63,461 nt of DNA, filler included, from Octopus bimaculoides (GCF_001194135.2; 8 parts of 7 records of this genome joined end to end with filler, not necessarily neighbours in it), one strand, 5' to 3'. Positions 53,451 to 63,461 are shown, counted from the whole stretch's first letter. Notes: generated by a model from the letters alone, not told the origin. A program made the numbers and translations.

Positions 53451-54119
53451 ATATGGAATTCACACTACAAGACCTTAGGGCTGAATTGTAGTGGTTTTGA
53501 AGAGAGACAACTCCACCAAATCCTCAATCGATCAAGCCTTACGGGTGACAAAGAAGAGAACCGTGAAAACCAAGAACAAAACTGCAAAGAACAGAGAAAG
53601 TTTCCTGGTGGATTTAGATTAAAAGGAATGCTCTGATAGTGGTTGCTCACGGAACGCGAGTCGAGGCTTGAAGAACGGTGGACCGGTGACCTGGACAACT
53701 GTCTCTCGTAATGAAAGACTCGAAAACATTTCTCTGATGATTCATAGCAGCTCAACCTAGGAGTATGTATGCAAACACGTCCCCCCACACACACACATAT
53801 ATATATAAATATATATATGCGAGTGAAAATAAATACAAAAAGGTGGGTTTTTTGTATGATTGTGTATAGAGGAATATATTATTTTGTTTAAAAGAGTTCC
53901 AACACTGTCTGTTTTTTATGTTTTATTTATATTCCTGCAGAACCAATGTGGGGTATAGAATATGGAATATACAATATATAATATAATATACAATATATAA
54001 TATGAAATAAAATAAAATAAAAATGGATGGCACCATGAAATAAAGTATTGAATGTAGATGAAATATTGAGTGTTCAATATAAAGGATCAAATATATAAAT
54101 ATAAATATAAATATATAAA

Positions 54120-54159
54120 GGCGACTCGAGTTTCAGGGCTATTTCCCTTCGTCATGGCC
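54120..54159 (-). ncRNA. Minimal type I hammerhead ribozyme with a 1-nt insertion in the core
   Basis: Minus strand: GGC-C(A)TGACGA-AGGG-AAATAG-CCCT-GAAA-CTCGAG-TC|GCC; palindromic stem III ACTCGAGT, GUC triplet. Confidence 0.7.
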
Positions 54160-54219
54160 GGTATGACAGACTTTATTATGCGTATTATATATCTATCCAT
54201 CTCTCTATCTATCTATCTA

Positions 54220-54258
<39 letters not shown>

Positions 54259-54349
54259 ATATATATGTATATGTATGTATGTAAGTTTATGCATGTGTGT
54301 AAATGTATGTATACCCGCGCACGTACTGTAAGTACATTCATTGACAATC

Positions 54350-54640
54350 CTTCCCTCATCTCTTTCATTTTCACATTTCACACTCACTCTCTTCGTCTCC
54401 TTCTCTGTCCCTCTTCTATCTCTACCTCTCTGTACCTCTCTCTTCTTTATCTGTCTTCCTCTCTCCCTCTTTCTCTCTTTCTTTCTCCCTCTCACTTTTC
54501 TTTCTCTACCTCTCTCTCCCCCTCTCTTCTTTATCTACCTACGTCTCTCCTCTCTTTCTTTCTCCCTGTCTCCCTCTCTCTCTTTTTTTCTCCGTCTTTT
54601 TCTCTTCTCTCTCTCTCTCTCTCCCTTACTTTTCTTCACT
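54350..54640. repeat. ~290-bp polypyrimidine (CT-rich) low-complexity tract
   Basis: Almost entirely C/T on the plus strand. Confidence 0.85.
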
Positions 54641-56138
54641 TTCCATGTCATAATCTCAGAATGCAATTTATTTGAAATATTTATATACAAATATTGATTT
54701 AAAAGAAAGCTGCACTTTTATGGTTACGCATTGACAGAAGATATTTTGAGATTTTAATAACATCTTATGAAAATATCTTATTTGGAGCATACTTTACACT
54801 TTAAAAATCCCTTCTAGACTAACATAGTTTGCGTAGAGAAAAATAACTGAATTTTTAGTAATTAAAATACAACTACACCAACGATATAACTTTCAAGTCT
54901 TCATCAAGCCAGTCTGATGTCAAAATAACAGTTTTTTTAAATATTGCTGGCTCATATCAAAACAAGAATTCATAACGGTTCTACTGAAATCTGATAGTGG
55001 TAGGTTCTATTATGTTACCATCAGATGGTGAAGGGAGCGTCAATAGCTTTTTTGCAAATTCTGCAAGCTTGGAAGATAAGGAGATGCAGGAACTAACATG
55101 CCTTGTTTGCTACAGTAAACAGTAACGCATCCAAGATACTGAAGTAACAGCAAACATGAGAGCTGATCCGATCACTCACAACGATGGGAATTTACTAAAA
55201 AAAAACAAAAGCCTCTGAGAGTTAGATGCGGTGTCAAAGCAAACAACGGATCGAGTCACTTCTGGATAGGAGCTAGTCCCTGGCAGAAAACTTTCCCAGC
55301 TTTGTGTAGACACGAGTAAAGTAGACACGAGTAAACGAATAAATTATCAGAAAATCATCGAAGTACTAATCATTGGATTTATACGCCGTTAGGTTTTAAA
55401 ATACATTCAGCAGTGCTTCCTTTTTCTCCTTTTTATAGTTAGGGTCTTAGAGGTCTTGTTCCTACGCAAACCCATTTTTACCTCTGGGAAGAGGTTGTCC
55501 GTATTAGTTTGATTTGTATCATCTTACCTGTCCATTTTAGGGTATCCTAACAGGAACTTGTGCTATACTGGCATTGTGCTCAGGGACATCCAGACAAACA
55601 AGTCACAGTTCTCCCCAAAATAACTGAATCATGAGGTGGACACTTCCTTTAGGTCGCAGTAAATTCGTAGGTAATAGCTTTATAAGCCAACCAATTACAG
55701 TAGCATCAGCAAACTAGAAGTTTCAACTGGAATAAAGGTTTGTAGGATGTGTAATTCCTTTTCTCTAAGTGTTAAAGGTTGTGCTCCTTACCTGAAATAC
55801 TGCAATGTAGCTATTTGTGAGATACTTGTGGGATTTGTGAATATCAGTTTTGGTTAGATGTGAGCTGTAGAGAAAATAAGCGTAAGAAGATGTTTTCAAC
55901 CACTTGCCATGCAGTTTCATATGATCGAGAGATGAAGCATGTGGGAATCTAGGAATAGTAAACATACAACTGGTGGTATTCTGACTAATCAACTAACTTA
56001 AAATTCTTAATACCCGAGAAATGAAGGAGTTTCAGTAAAGATGGCTGATGCGGAAATGTTTATTATCTTTAAGGTATCTGTAGTCCTGTTGAATTTGACA
56101 TTTATTAGATGAGATTAAACGAAATGGTTTTCCCACGT

Positions 56139-56174
<36 letters not shown>

Positions 56175-56229
56175 AATGGGAGACTATAGTTTAGTGGTGC
56201 AATGAATCTTATCATTATGTCCACTTGCG

Positions 56230-57000
56230 TCATTATCAGTTACTGCTATATTAGATATGTCGTTATTTATCGATAAGTTGAATTCTTTTCTCAATGTTTT
56301 TACTAAATTTTTAAAAACTACTGGTTGGGTGACTGGAATCTTTGTTGAGTTAAATGAGATCTTTATTTTCGTTTACTAGACGGTTTATGCTCTTCTGTGA
56401 TTAAATGTGATGACAAAGAATTAAAATGTACTTATATTAATGGATTATTATTTTTTGGCAAAAATACTTGAATTAAGTCACTTTCTAATGTATCTGAGGC
56501 TCATGTTACTTAGGGCCAATCCGTCATCTCTCTATATAACTATGTCTATGGTAATGGATTTATACTTACGTATATCCAGGAAGAAAAGGCCGGCAATATC
56601 ATACATCTTTGTGCCATCAAATAATTCCACGTTGCCATGGAGTGCAGTTGTAGAATTCGGAGGAGAGGCAGGGTTAACCTCCCCCAAAATTGTTGTTTTT
56701 TTTTGCGGGGATCGTGATTTAAGGAGCAGTAAACTTTTCCTCACATGTGTAATGATATCTAAATGAGAGTCATCTATAATGTTGTATTTGTCGGCAAAAT
56801 CTAAAGAAGTATTATCTGTTTTGAAGTGGAGAGGTAATATTCGACAATACAAAAATGAGTGATTTTGCACTTATGTTATTGATTTGTATAAATCACATAA
56901 TGATATTATTTGCATTAGAGTTTTGACGAAGCTAAGTGATTTTCCAAACTCTATCATTCTCGTTATTTAAATGTGCTTGTTAATTCATTTGATATAACAC
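56230..57000 (-). mobile_element. Heavily decayed Penelope-like RT fragment
   Basis: ORF 56532-56870: SLDFADKYNIIDDSHLDIITHVRKSLL...FDGTKMYDIAGLFFL, continuing RDDGLAL; equivalent to the FDGAE..ELVGLY / YRDDGL motifs. Confidence 0.65.
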
Positions 57001-58344
57001 TTATTTTGTTTTAGAAATGAAATTCCCCAAATAGTCTTAGAAAATGATTTACGCTTTGCATATAACTAAGCATTTTAATATATCATCTACTTTTATGCTT
57101 GTGTGCTACAATTTTATCCCTTTATCTATGTTATTGTACAGCTTCGCAAACTTGTTAACTATCAACATTAAGCAATTTTTCATGATATAAAACACCATAA
57201 AATACAACATAGAAATCACTAGTCATACCAGAAAGTGATTCTTCTCGACAAAATTGTATCCGGTTCAAAAATGGATTCTACAGCTCCTTTGCCCTCAGAA
57301 TGGGATCATCGGACATCACAACTATAAGCTTCTATTGACCTTTACACGAAGCTAATATTGTGCTGCTGAGATAGACCATTACTAAATTTAGAGAAGGCTT
57401 AATTTGCGCTTTAAAATTAAAATATCAACTAGCATGAGCGCAATTTACTTCTTAAATTTTATATTCAGTTTATTCAGTTAATTATAAGTTACGCAGTAAA
57501 TCACATACAAACTTTATAAGTATTTGCAAAGATTCTAGCCATTAACCCTTAGTTTTCAAAGGCTAACAAAATCTATTGGGAGCTAAGAGACAGTAAGGAT
57601 GATGAGTGAGTGAATTGACAGACTTAGTGCCACTTATATTTAGAGGACCACAGTGTAGAAGACCAGAAATCATTAGAATAGCGATGAGCACAAAAGCGGG
57701 GAAACATCATATCTGTGAATAAATAATAATATACTGTTGGTAAGTGGGTCTTTGACAATCAGGCATGAGGCCTTTGTTTCGAGGCTGTCTAGAATATAGA
57801 TGTATTTAGCAGTAGCGCCGACTCAAAATTGCAAGCTGTATTTCAATGTGAAATGTATTTGATACTAGTAAAATGTCAGAAACAGGTTAGTTTCGAATCT
57901 CTTTCTCCATCAATGTTATGAATGTGCCTCCTTACAATTATCTAAATTAAATCTACATAGCAGGGTAAAGATCAAACAAAATGCATAAATATGGCTCAGT
58001 ATGGGTAGATCTGTCGCAGAGTAAAGGCTGTGCTAAACGAATTACGTATTATACTCTGTGTTAAATGTTATAGTATAAATAATAAGGTAAGTTAGCAACA
58101 CAATGAGTACTGTAGTTAATTATTTACAGAGGAGTATTGTTGGAAATTGTTAAGGAGTGAGTACTGACTTAAATGAGTTACATTTTGAGTTCTATGTTAA
58201 ATGGGCTGCAACAAGACTTCTGTAACAGCGCAATGTTATAAGTTTTGAATGATATTGGACAACATTAGAATGAAAATCAACTAGATAATCCCACATTTTC
58301 CCCATAAATATTAGATACCCAAGATTACATAATATATTAATTAT

Positions 58345-58690
58345 TACTCTTACTCTTTTACTCTTTTACTTGTTTCAGTCATTTGACTGCGGCCATGCTG
58401 GAGCACCGCCTTTAGTCGAGAAATTCGACCCCAGGACTTATTCTTTGTAAGCCTAGTACTTATTCTATCGGTCTCTTTTTGCCGAACCGCTAGATTACGG
58501 GGACGTAAACANNNNNNNNNNTATATACGACGGGCTTCTTTCAGTTTTTGTCTACAAAAAACCACTCACAAGGCTTTAGTCGGCCCGAGGCTATAGTAGA
58601 AAATACTTGCCCAAGGTGCCACGCAGTGGAATGAACCCGGAACCATGTGGCTGCTAAGCAAGCTACTTACCACACAGCCACTCCTGCGCC
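58345..58690 (-). mobile_element. tRNA-derived SINE, family A
   Basis: Reverse complement of 37128-37632; internal microsatellite collapsed to a 10-N gap. Confidence 0.9.
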
Positions 58691-59509
58691 TACTAATTCA
58701 AACATATTTGCTGGTAGATTCTCTGAGTTATAGTGGATACTTTCATTTTTTTATTCTGATAAACAAATAAGGTTGTAGGTTGTTAGGATTGAATGACAGA
58801 TCTTATAACTATATAGAATTTGAAGGTCTCAGAAGGAAACTTCAAAGTAGTGTTTAATTGTTATAAGATAAATTAGTCTTAAGTTTACTAATGTTATTTA
58901 CTAAACAAACAATTTTCTTATTTTTGTACGTTAAAATGAATATTTCTTTCTCGATTCATGACTAAATAACTTCGCTCCTGAAATAATTATTACTGAGGTC
59001 ACTTCTATTTTAGTTCTACGCTCTGTGATATTGTCACAATAGATTTACATCAGTACTATCAATGGAAGAAATAAATCTTGAAATTTGAGTAACAGATTTA
59101 TCATCTTCAAATTAAAATACCTTAAAGCTAATAATAATGCCATTTGTTTACAATATAACTGTATGGAACCGATCTCAATGTTATTATAATTTATTATTAA
59201 GTGTGATTTCTCAAGAGAACATATAGAAACAAATGATCGAACAATTTGAAAAGAAAATCTATAGAAAACCTTCAACTAATTTGTGTATTTGAATACTCAA
59301 ATATAATATAAACGAATTTTAATTCACTTCGTTGAAAAATTTTAATAAGTTGGCTAGTGTATAAGACAAATACACAGCAGACAACGTTTTAGATATTCTT
59401 TGAACTTCGATTCCCAAATGTAATTTTGACGTTTCGTAATTATTTCTTATTTGCACTTCTGAGAGCAAAGTTAATAAAATTGTGCAAAATTTGACTAATT
59501 ACAGTGCTA

Positions 59510-60350
59510 CACTAGGTATGATCAATAAGTATCCGGACTGTCGCAATAGTAACGAAGCTAAAGTACACAGAGCACACTGAGCACAGATTGACCTAGAACT
59601 CTGCTGTGCATGCGCACTAAGTTTCAATGTTCTAGCTCATTTCCACTGTTTACAGCAATGCAGGGAAAGAAGGTATGTAGCGTGTGATCGTCGCATTAAC
59701 CATGACAGAGAAAGTCGTCATGGAGAAACCTGCTCAGAGGCTATGCAATATTGCAAAATGTGTGTGGGGAGGGGTGCATGAGAATTTCAGACGTTTCCAA
59801 GATGGCCGAAAAAAATGTCGATATTGATGAACATTCTGGGAGACCTGCAACCAGCAGAACTGACAAAAACATTACTGATGTGCATGCAGCTGTGAGGGAA
59901 AATTTTTGAATCACCAACCACGAGCTATCAGAGGATGTGCAGATTAGTTACGGTTCAGTTCAGTCCATTATCACTGAAGATTTGGGTATGAGATGCCTGT
60001 CTGCCAAGTTTGTACTAAAACTGCTTCCAGCTGACCAAAAAGACACTTCGGTTCCAGTTGCACAAGATCTCTTTGATTGTGTCGAGAACGATGAAAACTA
60101 TTTGAAAATTTTGCGTATGCTTCTGAGCAGGTATCGCCAAGATTTTGGCAAAATTTGATGCAGATTCTCTGCTCAACTTTCTCTGTTATTGTAAATGCGA
60201 CGATCACACGCTACACACTTGTGTGTCGCTCATGCACTCCTCTCCACATACTTTCTGCAATATTGCGGAGGCATATGAGCAGGTATCGCCATGACAACTT
60301 CCTCTGTCATGGTTAATGCGACGATCACATGCTACACACCTTCCTTCCAG
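59510..60350 (+). mobile_element. Rearranged mariner: forward 5' half plus two inverted 5' fragments
   Basis: DEHSGRPATSRT...ISYGSVQSIITEDLGMRCLSAKFV (plus strand); ~60110-60230 and ~60230-60350 are inverted copies (EQRICIKFCQNLG). Confidence 0.8.
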
Positions 60351-60404
60351 ATAATTATTGATCAGACCACCTGACAGACTGACAGACTGACAGACAGACA
60401 GACT

Positions 60405-60451
<47 letters not shown>

Positions 60452-60806
60452 GTACACATACACTCATTTACATATATATGTGTGCGTGTGTATGCATATG
60501 AATACACTCACACACACTTACACACACATGCACACACACATACACATATATATGTATATACATACATAATACATACATACGTACATAATTAGTATGAAGT
60601 CATTATTTAATGATTTATCAGTGGCCAGCGTACTAACAAGACCATAATGGTTAATTTATATTTAAGCATAACTAGACTACCCTTGACTCGTTGAGTCACC
60701 GGGAATTCTGAGTTTCCCAGGAACAGAATTTTTTGTTTCATGAGTTTTTTTCTTCTTTTTCATGTTATTTCGCATGCTTTCAAAGTATGTGACATCGAAG
60801 GATATG

Positions 60807-60907
60807 GCTGCTATTTTTTGCACAGCCTGCTACCACGTAACAGGTATTTCGGGTCCTTTATCGCAAATAACTATTACGTGGTAGCAGGTCGTGCTATAAA
60901 TAGCAGC
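60807..60907. repeat. 34-bp inverted repeat with ~33-nt loop
   Basis: GCTGCTATTTTTTGCACAGCCTGCTACCACGTAA versus TTACGTGGTAGCAGGTCGTGCTATAAATAGCAGC. Confidence 0.85.
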
Positions 60908-61556
60908 TAAATCTTTGGAGGTGAGATACGTTGAATGCACTCGAAAAACCCTATGGAAAAATATTATTTCACACCGAGGTTGCGAACGATCTTTTGCGAA
61001 ATGTTTACCGTAATTTTAAAATCATTTTCACTTTAAAATATTTCTTAAATATGCCAAAAAACGTTCGTAATGGTGTTCACTTGAAAATAATTTTAAAAAA
61101 CATAAAAATATTGTCTGTTTAAAGAAGGCTAAAATATAAATACTTACTGTACAAGCAACTTATATTTTTGAAATCATTCACTTAAAAATATTTCTAAATG
61201 ATTAAAATATTGTGTTTAATGAAAGCGAAAATAGAAATATTTACTGTAAAAAACGAATCGTATTTTTAGGCTTTCAAGTCACGGTGTCTAATCGAAAGGT
61301 AAGAGTTACTTCCTTTTCAGGGTTAAGTTATTTTCGGAATATTTTCCCGTTATGCACCGTTTTGGTTATTTATACTCCGAAAACCCTTAATATCTCAACA
61401 ACCACTTATCCGATTTACGTGAAACCTGTTTTATTCCGTTCGTATTCAGATTTCAGGAGTGGCTTAATTCATAGTATTTTCCAATTAAGCGCCAGTTTGG
61501 CTGGATAACATTGCAAGGAAGCAAGATTCAAGCTCACTTCCATGTATTATAGATTA

Positions 61557-62055
61557 TAAAATATAATTATAATACGGGTGCTGAAACGACAACGTTTGAA
61601 TGCTAAAAATAGACCTCACATGGTCTACAAACCATTTAAGTTATTACTCCATTACCACAAGTTTGTATACGAGGAAAATGTACAAAAAGATTTATAAAAT
61701 ATTGTGGACAACTCTGTCTTAAGATTTCATTGTTTACTTCGTATATATGTGTGAAATGCATGTATATGCTTGTATTTGCACGACTGTATATCTATGGTAT
61801 ATATATATATATGTATTTCTCATTTATTTACGATTGGTTTACACTACTGAAGAGTGGAAAACTATTTAAATATCGTAAATAATGAAATCTTAAGATATAG
61901 TGTTGTCCACAATATTTTATAAATCCTTTCTGTCCATTTTCCTCTCATACAACCTTGTGGTAATGGAGTAATAACTTAAGTGGCTTGTAGACCATTTGGC
62001 TCTGTTTCTAGCGTACAGGCGTTGCCGTTTCAGCGCCCTTATTATAATTATACTT
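61557..62055. mobile_element. ~500-bp foldback element, ~185-bp inverted arms, hammerhead in spacer/right arm
   Basis: ATGGTCTACAAACCATTTAAGTTATTACTCCATTACCACAAG is inverted as CTTGTGGTAATGGAGTAATAACTTAAGTGGCTTGTAGACCAT; arms ~61557-61740 and ~61875-62055. Confidence 0.88.
61842..61902 (+). ncRNA. Type I hammerhead ribozyme with weakened stem II
   Basis: CACTA-CTGAAGA-(GT..TATTTA/TAAATA..AT)-GAAA-TCTTAAGA-TA|TAGTG; 5-bp stem I, palindromic stem III ATCTTAAGAT. Confidence 0.7.
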
Positions 62056-62230
62056 ATATATATNNNNNNNNNNNNNNNNNNNNNNNNNNNNNNNNNNNNN
62101 NNNNNNNTTAATTAATTAANNNNNNNNNNNNNNNNNNNNNNNNNNNNNNNNNNNNNNNNNNNNTGGAGAAAGAGGTGCCCCCTCTAGTTTATACGTTTCG
62201 GAAGCGCTTGTGCGTTTAGGAATTAAAGAA

Positions 62231-62300
62231 TATAACGTCATATATCACGTGATATACAGCATATAACCGGAAGTATACGAGCAGCAGCTCAGTTCCTGTT
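62231..62300 (+). promoter_or_regulatory. Putative Pol II promoter of the parvoviral VP cassette
   Basis: CRE half-site ACGTCA (62235-40), 16-bp palindrome TATATCACGTGATATA with E-box (62241-56), TATAA (62262-66), ETS ACCGGAAGT (62266-74), Inr TCAGTT (62289-94) with its A 29 nt from the TATA start; ATG at 62301. Confidence 0.6.
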
Positions 62301-63461
62301 ATGCAGCCGAGGAAGAAGGATCGGAACGCAGACAAAACAATAGAGTTTCACGTGCCGGGCTATAAATTCTTAGGACCTGGAACTGATCTGAAATACAGAC
62401 GACATCAGATCCCAGTAAACAAATTAGATGCCATAGCCAAAACACATGACCTCGCTTACGAAGATCCTAATAAGGACACCTGGGAATCAGACAAGAAATT
62501 CATCAGAAACGCAGTTAAACAAGGACCCACTGGCCTCCTCGCAGCTGGAGCTATATCTCTTAAACATTATAGCGGACTTGATAAAAAGTTCAGAAGCGCC
62601 AACGGTAATTCTAATAGCGTTACTCATAGCGATTACGATCTTAAAAATATGGCTGAAGCATCGACAAGCAACGAAGGCGAAACAGCTGCATCAGCAGGAT
62701 GGGCTGGAAGTAAACTGCAAACGGCATCGATCCCTGAATCCACTGGAAACTTCGGTGGAGAAGTCTGCTTCAAAAGAAGATTCCGACACGGAGTTAAAAC
62801 AACTCAAATGAACCAAGCTAAAGTAGATTTCACGAAATTCCAAGGCAACGAAGCGGGTTATCACAACGTGGGACACAGCTGCTACGGAGAAGTTACTTCA
62901 GAGGACTACATCATCCCTTACTGGTTGACATCATGGGTAAACCCGATACANNNNNNNNNNCCTTACTGGTTGACATCATGGGTAAACCCGATACAATTCG
63001 AACAAACTATAAAAACGGCAACATCTTACAGAATCAAATCCGTAGGTTTCGAAATATCAAACGTGATGGGTGGCGAATGGACATCTAGAAACAACGAAGA
63101 AGTATTCTTACCAAGCCCTTTACCCTATTTCGAAATATGGGTCGACAACGGCACATACGTCGGACACGGTAACTTAAAAACAATTACGAAAGTACCAAAC
63201 AACGGGTTCTCGTCAATACAACCAGAAACTTTCGCTACTATGGAATTACCCAAATACAAATTCGCATACTGCGCACCAACAGCATNNNNNNNNNNACTAT
63301 GGAATTACCCAAATACAAATTCGCATACTGCGCACCAACAGCATACGTAAATCAGCTTAGCGAGTGCGACCTTGACGCGGACACATTAACATGCACCTCC
63401 AAAATAGTGAGATTCCACGACTGGAGAGAAATGCCAAACGTGCAAAAAGTGAGACAAGGCG
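62301..63461 (+). CDS. VP1: Parvovirus/densovirus capsid protein VP1 with PLA2 domain (open at window edge after collapsing two overlap gaps)
   Basis: PGYKFLGPGT (Ca-binding loop), DAIAKTHDLAY (catalytic HD..Y), downstream D in ESDKKF; Gly/Ala/Ser-rich stretch after M117; jelly-roll-like FKRRFRH and IPYWLTSWVNPIQFEQTIKTATSYRIKSVGFEI. After collapsing the duplications it continues YVNQLSECDLDADTLTCTSKIVRFHDWREMPNVQKVRQG with no stop (at least 352 codons). Confidence 0.9.
62446..62811 (+). CDS. Overlapping +1-frame ORF (121 aa), putative viral membrane accessory protein
   Basis: Lies inside VP1u/VP2 N-terminus; hydrophobic run VILIALLIAITILKIWL followed by basic KHRQATKAK. Confidence 0.45.
   Translation: MTSLTKILIRTPGNQTRNSSETQLNKDPLASSQLELYLLNIIADLIKSSEAPTVILIALLIAITILKIWLKHRQATKAKQLHQQDGLEVNCKRHRSLNPLETSVEKSASKEDSDTELKQLK

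Noticed and set aside
61557-62055. Foldback as the parvovirus terminal hairpin/ITR
   Set aside because: Separated from the viral segment by a linker, arms are diverged and AT-rich, and it contains a hammerhead like the other PLE-type foldbacks.
62164-62260. C-terminus of NS1 upstream of VP (EKEVPPLVYTFRKRLCV)
   Set aside because: Only a vague resemblance over a few residues; too short to support.
62301-62570. Cellular secreted phospholipase A2 gene
   Set aside because: No signal peptide or disulfide Cys pattern; the motif is the short parvoviral type and is fused to capsid-like sequence without introns.

Overview
AT-rich, microsatellite-dense eukaryotic DNA. The SINE/LINE repertoire suggests a cephalopod, probably Octopus (inference from recognising repeat families, no database search run). 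The window is not one contiguous locus: seven identical 100-bp spacers (44N-TTAATTAATTAA-44N) join eight separate segments, so adjacency across them is not biological evidence. No host protein-coding gene could be supported. Recognisable coding sequence is decayed transposon (RTE, CR1, R4/Dong-like, Tx1/L1, several Penelope-like elements, Gypsy, Helitron, MULE, DD34D and DD41D Tc1/mariner) with one exception. (1) The last segment (62164-end) is an apparently intact parvovirus/densovirus capsid cassette: TATA+Inr promoter, VP1 with a complete PLA2 catalytic motif, an internal strong-Kozak VP2-like start, and a 121-aa +1-frame overlapping ORF with a predicted transmembrane helix, placed like AAV MAAP or B19 X. 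The apparent break in VP1 disappears once two 10-N overlap artefacts are collapsed. (2) The window holds at least seven well-formed or nearly intact type I hammerhead ribozyme motifs plus decayed ones. Several sit at the centre of short foldback elements whose inverted arm starts within or at the 3' half of the ribozyme and which mostly end in TA-rich microsatellite, pointing to a Penelope-derived, ribozyme-centred non-autonomous element system.
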